Assembly (NCBI GenBank): GCA_030602885.1
Contig: JAUVYV010000018.1
Span: 327-64,326 of the forward strand
DNA from: Phycisphaerales bacterium
Lineage (GTDB): Bacteria; Planctomycetota; Phycisphaerae; Sedimentisphaerales; Anaerobacaceae
Direction: 5' to 3'
DNA: 64,000 bases
Made by a program: the position numbers and the translations under genes. The notes beneath the pieces are model-generated. The model was not told where the DNA came from, made no database searches, and saw only the letters and a program-made list of their open reading frames with translations. Below, piece after piece: positions 19,013 to 27,813 of this stretch (position 1 is its first letter; each line of letters begins with the position of its first letter).

Positions 19013-20350
19013 TTAATAGAATGTCCCGAAAACCATTCCTGATACCGTCGCCATGATGATAACCAGCAAGACGAAGGCGGCTGTTTTCTTTGTCCCCATC
19101 ACTGAGCGTATAACCAGCATATTAGGCAAGCTAAGCGCAGGCCCCGCTAAGAGCAACGCAAGTGCAGGCCCTTTTCCCATCCCGGCGCCTATCAGGCCCT
19201 GCAATATCGGCACCTCCGTCAGCGTCGCAAAGTACATAAACGCTCCCGCCACCGCAGCAAACAAATTCGCCCAAATCGAATTGCCCCCGACCGCAGCATT
19301 CACCCACCCATTCGGTATCACACCCTCATTACCAGGCCCGGGCCTGCCTAATAAAAATCCCGCCGCCAAAACACCGATCAAAAGAAGCGGCAATATCTGC
19401 CTGGCAAATCCCCAGCTCGACTCAATCCACCGGACAACTTCCGCCCGAACAAACCAAAACCATATCTCTGCGGCGAACAAAGCCAAAAGCCCCGCCACCA
19501 GAAACCATCGCAGCCGATATATCCACTCGTAAACTCCTCTTTTCTCCACATCCTCCATCCCTTCCATCAGCTCCGCCGGTATCTTGTGCTTCTGCCCCCC
19601 CGTATCGACAATCGTCACTTCCTTCTCTGTCTTGCTGACCAATGTCCCTTCGATGTTGTATGTCGTCAATCCACCCGGGCAGCACAAAAACACCGCCCGA
19701 ACATCCCCGCTCCGCGCCCAGTTCGCAAATACTAATATCCCTACCATCGTCGCAAAGTACACCGCGTTTTTCCACAAAGGTCGATTCACCTGCATCTGCG
19801 GCATTGCCGCTTGCGCGTTTGCCTTGGCAATCTCCTCTCTGCGAAAGATAAAGTGCATCGCCAGTCCGATTACGATACTGAAAACTACCGCGCCGACCGC
19901 TCGTGCAATCCCCATCTCAAGACCGAGCACACGCGCCGTCAGTATTATCGCCAAAACATTTATCGCAGGCCCCGAATACAAAAACGCGCTCGCAGGACCA
20001 AGGCCCGCCCCCATCCGGTATATCCCTGCAAACAGCGGCAAGACAGTGCACGAGCACACCGCCAGCACACTTCCCGAAACACTCGCCACACCATATGCCA
20101 GAACCTTGTTTGCCTTCGCCCCCAAATACTTCATCACCGACGCCTGGCCCACAAACACGCTTATGCCGCCCGCAATAAAAAACGCCGGCACCAAACACAA
20201 CAGCACGTGCTCCCGCGCATACCACTTCACCAGTGCCAGCGCCTCACCTACCGCATTATCAAAACGCCCAGCTCCCACAGGCAGATAAAAACACGCCACA
20301 AAAACAGCCACTACGGCCAACAGCTTTTTCAATTCCGCTCTGAAATCCAT
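19013..20350 (-). CDS. DUF318/UPF0718 family permease (ArsP-like putative organoarsenical or metalloid permease).
   Basis: Polytopic membrane protein with the SVLAVCSCTVLPLF motif characteristic of this permease family. It sits immediately downstream of arsR. Confidence 0.7.
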   Translation of the reverse strand: MDFRAELKKLLAVVAVFVACFYLPVGAGRFDNAVGEALALVKWYAREHVLLCLVPAFFIAGGISVFVGQASVMKYLGAKANKVLAYGVASVSGSVLAVCSCTVLPLFAGIYRMGAGLGPASAFLYSGPAINVLAIILTARVLGLEMGIARAVGAVVFSIVIGLAMHFIFRREEIAKANAQAAMPQMQVNRPLWKNAVYFATMVGILVFANWARSGDVRAVFLCCPGGLTTYNIEGTLVSKTEKEVTIVDTGGQKHKIPAELMEGMEDVEKRGVYEWIYRLRWFLVAGLLALFAAEIWFWFVRAEVVRWIESSWGFARQILPLLLIGVLAAGFLLGRPGPGNEGVIPNGWVNAAVGGNSIWANLFAAVAGAFMYFATLTEVPILQGLIGAGMGKGPALALLLAGPALSLPNMLVIRSVMGTKKTAAFVLLVIIMATVSGMVFGTFY

Positions 20351-20361
20351 ACCGTTCCCTG

Positions 20362-20709
20362 CTACAGCGCGCTAAGCAGCTTCTCGTTTTCCTTGACCTG
20401 CTCTTTCAACAGCTTGCTGACACACCCAAGAAAATCGAAAACACATGGGCACTTGAGTCGATACATCACCTTCAGTCCCTCCTTGCGTGATTCCAGTATC
20501 CCCGCCCCGACCATCACCGACAGATGCCGCGAAACATTCGACCGCTCCGCACCGACATACTCGGCTATGTCACACACGCATCGCTCCCCATCCCGCAAAA
20601 ACTCCAGCACCGCAATCCGAAGCGGCTGTGCTATCGCCTTTGCAATCTCTGCCTGCTTTTCGAAGAGTAGCTGCTTTTGTCTATTCGGTCTCAATTTCCA
20701 AACCTCCAA
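20362..20709 (-). CDS. arsR: ArsR/SmtB family metalloregulator.
   Basis: Winged-HTH segment RIAVLEFLRDGERCVCDIAEYVGAERSNVSRHLSVM, with a CVC metal(loid)-binding motif. Confidence 0.85.
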   Translation of the reverse strand: MEVWKLRPNRQKQLLFEKQAEIAKAIAQPLRIAVLEFLRDGERCVCDIAEYVGAERSNVSRHLSVMVGAGILESRKEGLKVMYRLKCPCVFDFLGCVSKLLKEQVKENEKLLSAL

Positions 20710-20749
20710 ATTCTGACTTCATCACCAATGCCTTATCTGCTCTGTGATT

Positions 20750-20769
20750 ATGTGATTATATACTCACAT
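20750..20769 (-). promoter_or_regulatory. Candidate ArsR operator palindrome overlapping a TATAAT -10 box.
   Basis: atgtga-ttatatac-tcacat is an inverted repeat. The minus-strand TATAAT lies at 20755-20760, ~45 nt upstream of the arsR start. The -35 element is weak. Confidence 0.4.
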
Positions 20770-20941
20770 AGTAGCGTTGCGTTCACAATATTCCAGTCTC
20801 TTTCTTCAAAAAAAAATCCCGACCCTCTAACCTGCCCCCCCCCAGGACCTCGTTTTGCCCTTCCCTTTGCCCGCTTTCTGTCTTATAATCGCCCTCGTGA
20901 AAGCTCTGCAGACACCATCCGCAAGAAAGAGCCGACTTGGC

Positions 20942-21667
20942 ATGCAAATTTGGCAGGGCCTCAACCATCTCCTGTGGCCGGCCGTGTGCCTCAACTGTAC
21001 CGCCGCCTTATCCCACGCCGACGCCGACCTCTGCCGGACATGCTCACAAACCCTTCTTTCTGCTGCCGGTCCCGACTATTGCCCATGTTGCGGCCGAGAC
21101 GTCAGCCCCTACGCCCTCACAAATAACACTTGCGCCGATTGCCAAAACAAAGATTACAATTTCGACCAAATAGCCCGCGCCGGTATCTACAGCGACGCCC
21201 TCCGCGATATGATACTCGCATTCAAAAATGGCAGAACAGAGCTCCGGTATCTCCTCGGCTCCCTCGCCGATTCCGCCTTACAGGCGAGTTCCTTTGCCGG
21301 CAAAATCGATTTTCTCGTCCCCGTCCCGCTGCACTGGTCAAAGCGCCTCATTCGCGGCTACAACCAGTCCCTCCTCCTGGCTAAAAAACTCACGATACCG
21401 AGTGCCAAAATAAATACCGATCTGGTCCGCATCCGCTATACTAAAGAACAGCCAACGATGGCCAGCCCTGCCGCCCGCACAAGAAATGTCGCAGGCGCAT
21501 TCGCTGTTAGGAAAAATCACCATTTCGCCGGCAAAAAACTCTGCCTTATCGATGACATTAAGACAACCGGAGCAACGCTTAACGAATGCGCAAAGATGCT
21601 CAAACAAGCCGGTGCCCAGAGCGTATTTGCAATTGTCCTGGCCGTCGCAGGCCAAAGCATAAACTGA
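20942..21667 (+). CDS. comF: ComF family protein (phosphoribosyltransferase domain).
   Basis: N-terminal Cys4 zinc ribbon (CLNC...CRTC...CPCCG...CADC) and a C-terminal PRTase motif LCLIDDIKTTGATL. The likely start is the ATG at 20942; the ORF is open from 20855. Confidence 0.75.
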   Translation: MQIWQGLNHLLWPAVCLNCTAALSHADADLCRTCSQTLLSAAGPDYCPCCGRDVSPYALTNNTCADCQNKDYNFDQIARAGIYSDALRDMILAFKNGRTELRYLLGSLADSALQASSFAGKIDFLVPVPLHWSKRLIRGYNQSLLLAKKLTIPSAKINTDLVRIRYTKEQPTMASPAARTRNVAGAFAVRKNHHFAGKKLCLIDDIKTTGATLNECAKMLKQAGAQSVFAIVLAVAGQSIN

Positions 21668-21674
21668 TTTCTAA

Positions 21675-22853
21675 GTGCAAATTATTGAAAGAGCCATCAT
21701 GTCGGACAAACTGCTCATAAAAAACTGCGTACTCTTCGACGCAGGGCAAAAGCAGACTACTTCAGTCCTTATCGAAGACGGCATCATTTCTCAAATCGGC
21801 CCTGTCGAACCCGACGCCACGCTCGACCACGTCCTCGATGCTGCCGGCCATATCATTGCACCCGGCTTTATCGATGTCCATATCCAGGGCGCCGGCGGCG
21901 CAGATACCCTCGATGGCACACGCGATGCCCTCGAAAAAATAGCCCGCACCTGTGCACGCTTCGGCACTACCAGCTTCCTCGCCACCACCGTCTATAATAC
22001 CGACGCCGAAAACGGTCACCTTGCCGTTGCCGCCGACTGCACCGGCCAAAATCTCGGCGGCGCTACCCTGCTTGGAATTCACCTTGAAAGCCCCTTCATC
22101 TGCCCGAACAGAAGGGGAATGATACAACCCAATTGTATCACCGCCCCCTCAGACGCAATCTTAGACAAAATCCTTGAGATTACCGCCGGCAAACTCAGGA
22201 TGATGGTGGTCGCTCCCGAACTATCCGGCAGCCTGTCCGTAATCAAAAGGCTCGCCGACAGCGGTATCGTCCCATGCTTCGGCCACTCCGCCGCAACCTA
22301 CGAACAAACCTTGGCCGGATTCGATGCAGGCATCTGCCACGTCACTCACATGTTCAACGCAATGCCCTCGATTCACCATCGCTCGCCGGGCCCCCTTGTT
22401 GCTATATTCAACACACCATCCGTCACCGCGCAATTGATATGCGACGGCGTCCACATTCATCCATCCGTCCTCGACCTTGTCTTCAGGACTATCGGGCCTG
22501 AACACATCGTTGTTATTACCGATGGAATGTCCGCCCTCGGTCTGCCCGACGGTTTCTATACATACAACAAGCTCGCATTTGAATCGAAACAGGGCGCCTG
22601 TCGATATGATGACGGCACACTGATAGGCTCAGCCGTCCCTTTAAATCAGATGCTGGCCCGGCTCAGGCAGTTCACCGGCTGTTCTTTTGAAGTCGCCGTT
22701 AAAACCGTCACCGAGAATCCCGCCAAAGTCCTCGGCATCTACGACAAAAAGGGCTCAATCGAACCCGGCAAAGACGCCGATTTGGTTCTCGTAAAACCAG
22801 ACCTCTCAGTTTTTGCAACCATCGTAGCCGGAAAAGTGGTCTATACCGCTTAA
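21675..22853 (+). CDS. nagA: N-acetylglucosamine-6-phosphate deacetylase.
   Basis: IAPGFIDVHIQGAGG metal-binding motif and amidohydrolase fold, of NagA length. An alternative ATG lies at 21699. Confidence 0.8.
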   Translation: MQIIERAIMSDKLLIKNCVLFDAGQKQTTSVLIEDGIISQIGPVEPDATLDHVLDAAGHIIAPGFIDVHIQGAGGADTLDGTRDALEKIARTCARFGTTSFLATTVYNTDAENGHLAVAADCTGQNLGGATLLGIHLESPFICPNRRGMIQPNCITAPSDAILDKILEITAGKLRMMVVAPELSGSLSVIKRLADSGIVPCFGHSAATYEQTLAGFDAGICHVTHMFNAMPSIHHRSPGPLVAIFNTPSVTAQLICDGVHIHPSVLDLVFRTIGPEHIVVITDGMSALGLPDGFYTYNKLAFESKQGACRYDDGTLIGSAVPLNQMLARLRQFTGCSFEVAVKTVTENPAKVLGIYDKKGSIEPGKDADLVLVKPDLSVFATIVAGKVVYTA

Positions 22854-22878
22854 ATAGCCCTCATTTGGTGCAGGTGGC

Positions 22879-23655
22879 TTAAAGCTTCTCGTATTTCATA
22901 ATCGCTCTGTACAGGCCGTTGATGCTTTTCCCGGCGACGATTTGAGGTGCGTACTTGTCATTGCGAGGCTGAAGCCGTACCTTGTGCTTAGCCTCAAAAA
23001 AGATTCGCTTGAATGTCGTCTCGTGCGGCGTTGCAAAGCGAACGAAACAGTCGTCCCCGTTGTGAACCTCGGCGGCCGGGCTGAATATCACTACGTCACC
23101 TGCCTTGAATTTCGGCTCCATCGAGTCACCGAAAATGTAAACTGCAAACACATTCGGGTCGTGAAGGTCGGGGCAGCGAACGTAGTCGTCCGCTATCCCG
23201 ACGGGATAGTCCATGTCGTCGAAATCCGCCGGGTATCCCGCAGAGACCTTGTTTATAATCGGGACTAACTGCGACGCCGGCAGGGTAGGCCCCTTCTGCT
23301 TGATACTTAACGCGCTTTTAGTAAGCACCTTACCAAGCTGGTTTAATCTGGTGCGTCTGTTCATCAGGTTCTTGATTATCTGCCGCCACTTCTTGTTCTC
23401 GGCCTCGAAAGATTCATAATCACTGCGGACATCGGCCGGCATTCGCTCCATATGAGCTATGTGCAGCAGCACTCCTGGCTCGAATTTCAAAATTCGTTCG
23501 AGCTTGTTCAGAAGCTCGTCGCTCGGCGGATTTTTCACCTTACCCGTCTCTATCGTCGATAGATAGGGCTTCGAAAATTCCACCTTCCCGCTGACTTCAT
23601 CCAGAGTCAGGCCGAGCTCCTCACGCTTATCCCTTATAATTTCACCAAGCGACAT
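22879..23655 (-). CDS. XRE-family HTH repressor with a C-terminal S24 (LexA/CI-like) peptidase domain.
   Basis: The HTH segment is LGLTLDEVSGKVEFSKPYLSTIETGK. The S24 catalytic region is IFGDSMEPKFKAGDVVIF, with a downstream Lys. Confidence 0.8.
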   Translation of the reverse strand: MSLGEIIRDKREELGLTLDEVSGKVEFSKPYLSTIETGKVKNPPSDELLNKLERILKFEPGVLLHIAHMERMPADVRSDYESFEAENKKWRQIIKNLMNRRTRLNQLGKVLTKSALSIKQKGPTLPASQLVPIINKVSAGYPADFDDMDYPVGIADDYVRCPDLHDPNVFAVYIFGDSMEPKFKAGDVVIFSPAAEVHNGDDCFVRFATPHETTFKRIFFEAKHKVRLQPRNDKYAPQIVAGKSINGLYRAIMKYEKL

Positions 23656-23675
23656 AACAATACCTCACATTTTAA

Positions 23676-24749
23676 TCAGATTTCCACAAGTTCATATTTT
23701 CTTGTACCAAGCCCTATCCGCTCGGCATGTCCCAACTGCCTTCTCGCATCCAGCCCCTTTTTCTCGATTAGCTCGTCCAGTTTCTTGTCTCCCGTTTGCT
23801 CAATCATATTCAGCGCCGCCGAATCGACCGCGACCGCATCCGTCGACGCCAGTATCCCGATGTCCTTTACTATATTACGCATATCAGGCGTCCCAAAGCA
23901 ATCACAATCTTCTGTTACCGATATCGCGTAGTTAAAAAACACGGCCCTGCCCTCCTTACCGGCAACCGCACCCAGTGCATGCTCAGCAACTTGCCTTTGC
24001 AAAATCTCGCTCTCGGTGCCGAAATCATACTTTACGGCGTCGAATCGGCACACCGCAACACATTCGGCGCAGCCGATGCACTTGTCCTGGTCTATGTGAG
24101 CCTTGATATCATCCAGTGTGATTGCTCCTTCCGGACAGTATTTCTCGCACTGCCCGCACCGTGTGCAGTTGTCTTTCACCGATGGCTTCATCGCCGCGTG
24201 CTGCCTCATCTTGCCCTTCCTGCTCGAACAGCCCATCCCTAATGTCTTCAGCGTCGCCGCTAAGCAAGTCGCCAAATGTCCCGTGCAGTGCGACACGGAA
24301 AGTATCGACTGACACCGAACTATATCGTACGCGATGAATACCTCTTTATTCAGCTCACTGTTTATCTCGACCGCCGTCTCCGCCGTCCCGAACAGCCCAT
24401 CCGGAGCGATAAAAGGTATGCCCAGTGTATCGACCGAAAAACCATGTTCCGCGGCGAGCACATAGTGGTCAATCGCATTATGTCTCCTGCCTGTATAAAG
24501 CGTGCTCGTGTCTGTAAGAAACGGCTTCGTCTTCAATCTAATCAGCTCTTCAACAAGGCCCTTGATACACCCCGCCTTTATATATGTCGTATTGCCCCCT
24601 TCGCCCACGTGCACCTTCACTGCCGTAAAGTCATTTTTCTCAAAGCACTTCGCAAACTTACCTGCCTTGAAAAGCTCCACCGACTTCTTGGAGATTACGG
24701 CCTCGCCTTCCTTGACCGATGCCTTGATAAAATATACCTTTGAAGCCAC
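23676..24749 (-). CDS. DUF362 domain protein with an inserted 4Fe-4S dicluster ferredoxin domain.
   Basis: Two CxxCxxCxxxCP motifs are present (CTRCGQCEKYCP, CIGCAECVAVC). The DUF362-like N-terminus is KVHVGEGGNTTYI. Confidence 0.7.
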   Translation of the reverse strand: MASKVYFIKASVKEGEAVISKKSVELFKAGKFAKCFEKNDFTAVKVHVGEGGNTTYIKAGCIKGLVEELIRLKTKPFLTDTSTLYTGRRHNAIDHYVLAAEHGFSVDTLGIPFIAPDGLFGTAETAVEINSELNKEVFIAYDIVRCQSILSVSHCTGHLATCLAATLKTLGMGCSSRKGKMRQHAAMKPSVKDNCTRCGQCEKYCPEGAITLDDIKAHIDQDKCIGCAECVAVCRFDAVKYDFGTESEILQRQVAEHALGAVAGKEGRAVFFNYAISVTEDCDCFGTPDMRNIVKDIGILASTDAVAVDSAALNMIEQTGDKKLDELIEKKGLDARRQLGHAERIGLGTRKYELVEI

Positions 24750-24810
24750 AGATTCACCGCCGCAAAGTTTCTAATATATTTCATTCACCCATACCGGCAA
24801 TCGCCTGCCA

Positions 24811-25014
24811 TTATATTCTTTTCCTTACCCACTGCAAGTGCCCGTGTTCCAGATAATCGTCCAGGGATTGTGGGAGATTTTTGGCACTGTCCGCTAACTG
24901 CTTGATTTCAAATCGCTTTTTGCAAGTTACTAATCTCCTTACCGCTTCTAAGATCCGGGGTGGGTGGAGCGGTGTTGATAGAGTGCAAATGGGGCGAGAT
25001 AGTTTCTTAGTCAT
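24811..25014 (-). CDS. Hypothetical small basic protein (67 aa).
   Basis: The ATG overlaps the miaB stop codon (ATGA at 25011-25014). I recognise no family. It may not be expressed. Confidence 0.3.
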   Translation of the reverse strand: MTKKLSRPICTLSTPLHPPRILEAVRRLVTCKKRFEIKQLADSAKNLPQSLDDYLEHGHLQWVRKRI

Positions 25015-26390
25015 TCAAGCTTGGCGAAGAGGGTCAAGGGGCTTGTTTTTGTAATTTTGACGGTGGTGAATTGGCCGGCGAGGGAGGTCGGGCCGTTGAA
25101 GACAACGATGTAGTCGGTGGCTGTTCTGGCGACTAATTGGGGGTAGTTTTTGCCTTCGGCGAGATTGAGGTGTGGTTTTTTGCTTGGTCCTTCGACGAGG
25201 ACCTTGACGGTTTGGCCGAGGAATTTTTTGCTTAGCCGGTCGCTGATTTTCTCCTGCACTTCGAGCAGTTTGTAGTTTCGCTGTTTTTTTATTTCGAGCG
25301 GGACGGTGTCTTCGAGGCGTTTGTCGGCGGTGGTGCCGGGGCGGGGGGAGTATTTGAAGACGAAACAGCTTTTGTATTGTGCTTCTTTGACGAGAGCGAC
25401 GGTTTCCTGGAAGTCATCGTCGGTTTCGCAAGGGAAGCCGACGATGAAATCACCGGCAAGAGTGATGCCGGGGACGATTTGCCGGGCTTTGGCGAGCAGG
25501 TCGAGGTATTGTGTGGCGGTGTAACCGCGGTTCATCGCCTTTAAGATTTTGTCGGAGCCGGACTGTGCGGGGATGTGGAGATAGGGACATACTTTGGGCA
25601 GGTCGGCCATAGCCCGGAGAATCCGGTCATAGTATTTTTCTGATGGGTAGCTTGTGACGAATTTGAGCCATTCGATGCCGTCGATTTGCGAGAGCATTTC
25701 GAGCAGGTCGGCGAGGCAGTATGTTTTGTCGCCTGCTTTGTATTCGTATGCGTTTATTCGCTGGCCGAGGAGGGTGATTTGTTTTGTTCCGGTATCTGCG
25801 AGTTTCTCTGCCTGAGCGATGATTGCCTGTGGAGATCGAGAGGTTTCGGGTCCTCGGACGTATGGTACGATGCAATAGGAGCAGAACTTGTCGCAGCCTC
25901 GCATCGCTCGGATGTATGCCTGGGAGGGGAGGGTTTTTTCTTCGGGGCCGTAGATGGTTTCGAATTCTTCGAGTGCGTCGGCCTGGTCGGGTGGTGTGGG
26001 TTTTCGGATTTGGTCGGTTATGGCGAGTGCTTTTTGCTTTTCGCGGAGGGTTTTTGCGATAAGGTCTGGAATCTGTGGTATTTGAGCCGGGCCGCAAACG
26101 ATATCGACAACACCGTCGTCGAGCAGCTCGGCGCCGAGGCGCTGTGCCATACAGCCGATGACACCGACGACCAAATCAGCCTTGTGCTGCTTGATATGCT
26201 TCAAATGGCCGAGATGAGAGCGGACACGCTGCTCAGCATGCTCACGAACCGAGCAGGTGTTGATGATGACAACGTCGGCGTCTTTGACAGAGTCGGTGAG
26301 CATGTAGCCGTTGTTTGTGAGCGCGACTTCGACGAGGGCCGTGTCGAGCTTGTTCATCTGACACCCGTAGGTTTGGAGGCACACTTTCAT
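25011..26390 (-). CDS. miaB: tRNA-2-methylthio-N6-dimethylallyladenosine synthase (radical SAM methylthiotransferase).
   Basis: The N-terminus is MKVCLQTYGCQMN (UPF0004 domain). The radical SAM motif is CDKFCSYC. A C-terminal TRAM domain is present. The start is set at the ATG at 26390. Confidence 0.85.
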   Translation of the reverse strand: MKVCLQTYGCQMNKLDTALVEVALTNNGYMLTDSVKDADVVIINTCSVREHAEQRVRSHLGHLKHIKQHKADLVVGVIGCMAQRLGAELLDDGVVDIVCGPAQIPQIPDLIAKTLREKQKALAITDQIRKPTPPDQADALEEFETIYGPEEKTLPSQAYIRAMRGCDKFCSYCIVPYVRGPETSRSPQAIIAQAEKLADTGTKQITLLGQRINAYEYKAGDKTYCLADLLEMLSQIDGIEWLKFVTSYPSEKYYDRILRAMADLPKVCPYLHIPAQSGSDKILKAMNRGYTATQYLDLLAKARQIVPGITLAGDFIVGFPCETDDDFQETVALVKEAQYKSCFVFKYSPRPGTTADKRLEDTVPLEIKKQRNYKLLEVQEKISDRLSKKFLGQTVKVLVEGPSKKPHLNLAEGKNYPQLVARTATDYIVVFNGPTSLAGQFTTVKITKTSPLTLFAKLE

Positions 26391-26643
26391 AGTGTGCCTC
26401 CAAACCCAGGCATGGGTGTCCCTGCTCTTAGATTTGCCAAGGCAAATCTGCGGGGACATCCAAAAGACTTATGTAAGACTGTCATAGTATTTAACCTCTT
26501 AGAGATAGTATAGCGACTACTGGTCTGTTCGTGTCTGTGAACTTTCGCACTTTTTAGGCGGCTGGTTTTAATGATTTATCAACACAAACATACCAACCTC
26601 CCGATGTCTTTATCGGAAATAAAGATAAGACAAGAAGGTTGGC

Positions 26644-26943
26644 ATGAATACAATTATTACTTCGGCATGGAATACTATAATACAATACTTTTTTCCAGTT
26701 TTCATCGCTCCCACGACAGAAATCTTTCTCAATCTCGTAACCGGCTGGGTTCTCTGCATCGCAAGACATACCATCACTGGCATCTTGCCATTCGCCGACC
26801 CGAAAGACACAAGGGCACACGATGCCTATCATCGCTTTTTCCCAGATGCTTCCTGGGCAATGAGCGAGTTGTGGAGACTTTTGACGATTCTGCTGGTCAG
26901 GGTGTTTTACCCAGCCGGTGATGCACGTGAGCAGTGTAAATGA
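26644..26943 (+). pseudogene. N-terminal fragment (~95 aa) of an IS701/IS4-superfamily DDE transposase.
   Basis: FFPVFIAPTTEIFLNLVTGWVLCIARHTITGIL...AYHRFFPDASW...LLVRVFYPAG follows the conserved N-terminal pattern of this transposase family. The ORF then stops, and no DDE domain follows. Confidence 0.55.
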
Positions 26944-27176
26944 CGGCCCGGCAACCTTCCTGCTGGACAGCTCGCGGTTGTTTTAGGAGGTGTGGAGACG
27001 GCGACGGCGGGAGAAAAATAAATGTTGAGTCGAGAAAATTTTTGTTGTGGGTCGGGCGCAGACGGATATAATTCTGCCGCCAAAAAGCATAGGGATTTCT
27101 AAGGGTATTGCTTCCCGGAAGGCAGAAGGTTTTGAATGCCGGGTGATGTCAGAGAGATTTAAGGGACAGTGGTTGA

Positions 27177-27629
27177 ATGAAAAGGAAGAAGAAGAGCGGT
27201 AAAAACAGGCTGACGACGGCGGAGATACGGAAGTTCAGGGAGCTGCTGCTTGCGAAGCGCAATGAGATACTCGGCAATGTTGCGACTATCGAAGATGAGA
27301 CGTTTCGCAAGGAGCGCAGCGAGCTGTCGAGCATGCCGCTTCATATGGCGGATGCGGGTTCGGATAATTTCGAGCAGGATTTTGCGCTGGATTTGATGGA
27401 CAGCGAAAGGAAGCTTCTTGCGGAGATAAACGAGGCGCTTGACAGGATCGAGGAGGGGACGTATGGGGTCTGCCAGGGCAAGGGTGAGGCGATACCGAAG
27501 GCGAGGCTGAATGCGATACCGTGGGCGCGATACTGTGTTCAGTGCGCGGAGATGAAGGAGAAGGGGCTGCTGGAAGAGAAGGAAGAGGCCGACTCGTACG
27601 GCGAGGACGAACAGGAAGGTGACGAGTAG
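27177..27629 (+). CDS. DksA/TraR family C4-type zinc-finger protein.
   Basis: A coiled-coil N-terminal part is followed by C-x-n-CxxC (GTYGVCQGKGEAIPKARL...ARYCVQCAE). The C-terminal tail is acidic. Confidence 0.8.
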   Translation: MKRKKKSGKNRLTTAEIRKFRELLLAKRNEILGNVATIEDETFRKERSELSSMPLHMADAGSDNFEQDFALDLMDSERKLLAEINEALDRIEEGTYGVCQGKGEAIPKARLNAIPWARYCVQCAEMKEKGLLEEKEEADSYGEDEQEGDE

Positions 27630-27666
27630 TAACCGGCAGCGAGCAGGGGGTGGTTAAAATTGATAA

Positions 27667-27770
27667 TTTACTATTTACTATTTGCTATTTGCTATTTAAG
27701 GGGGGGAATGGATTGCGGATAGGGCAATTACGGCTAAGACGGCCTAAGACGAAATGGCAATTGCGGTGGT
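27667..27770. repeat. Microrepeat block between the convergent DksA-like and pilT genes.
   Basis: tttactatttactatttgctatttgctattt uses the same word family as 5107-5130. It is followed by cggctaagacggcctaagacg and repeated attgcgg words. Confidence 0.7.
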
Positions 27771-27813
27771 TATGTGGTGTTATATCCGAGCGGTGGGTTT
27801 GGCGTTAGTATTT

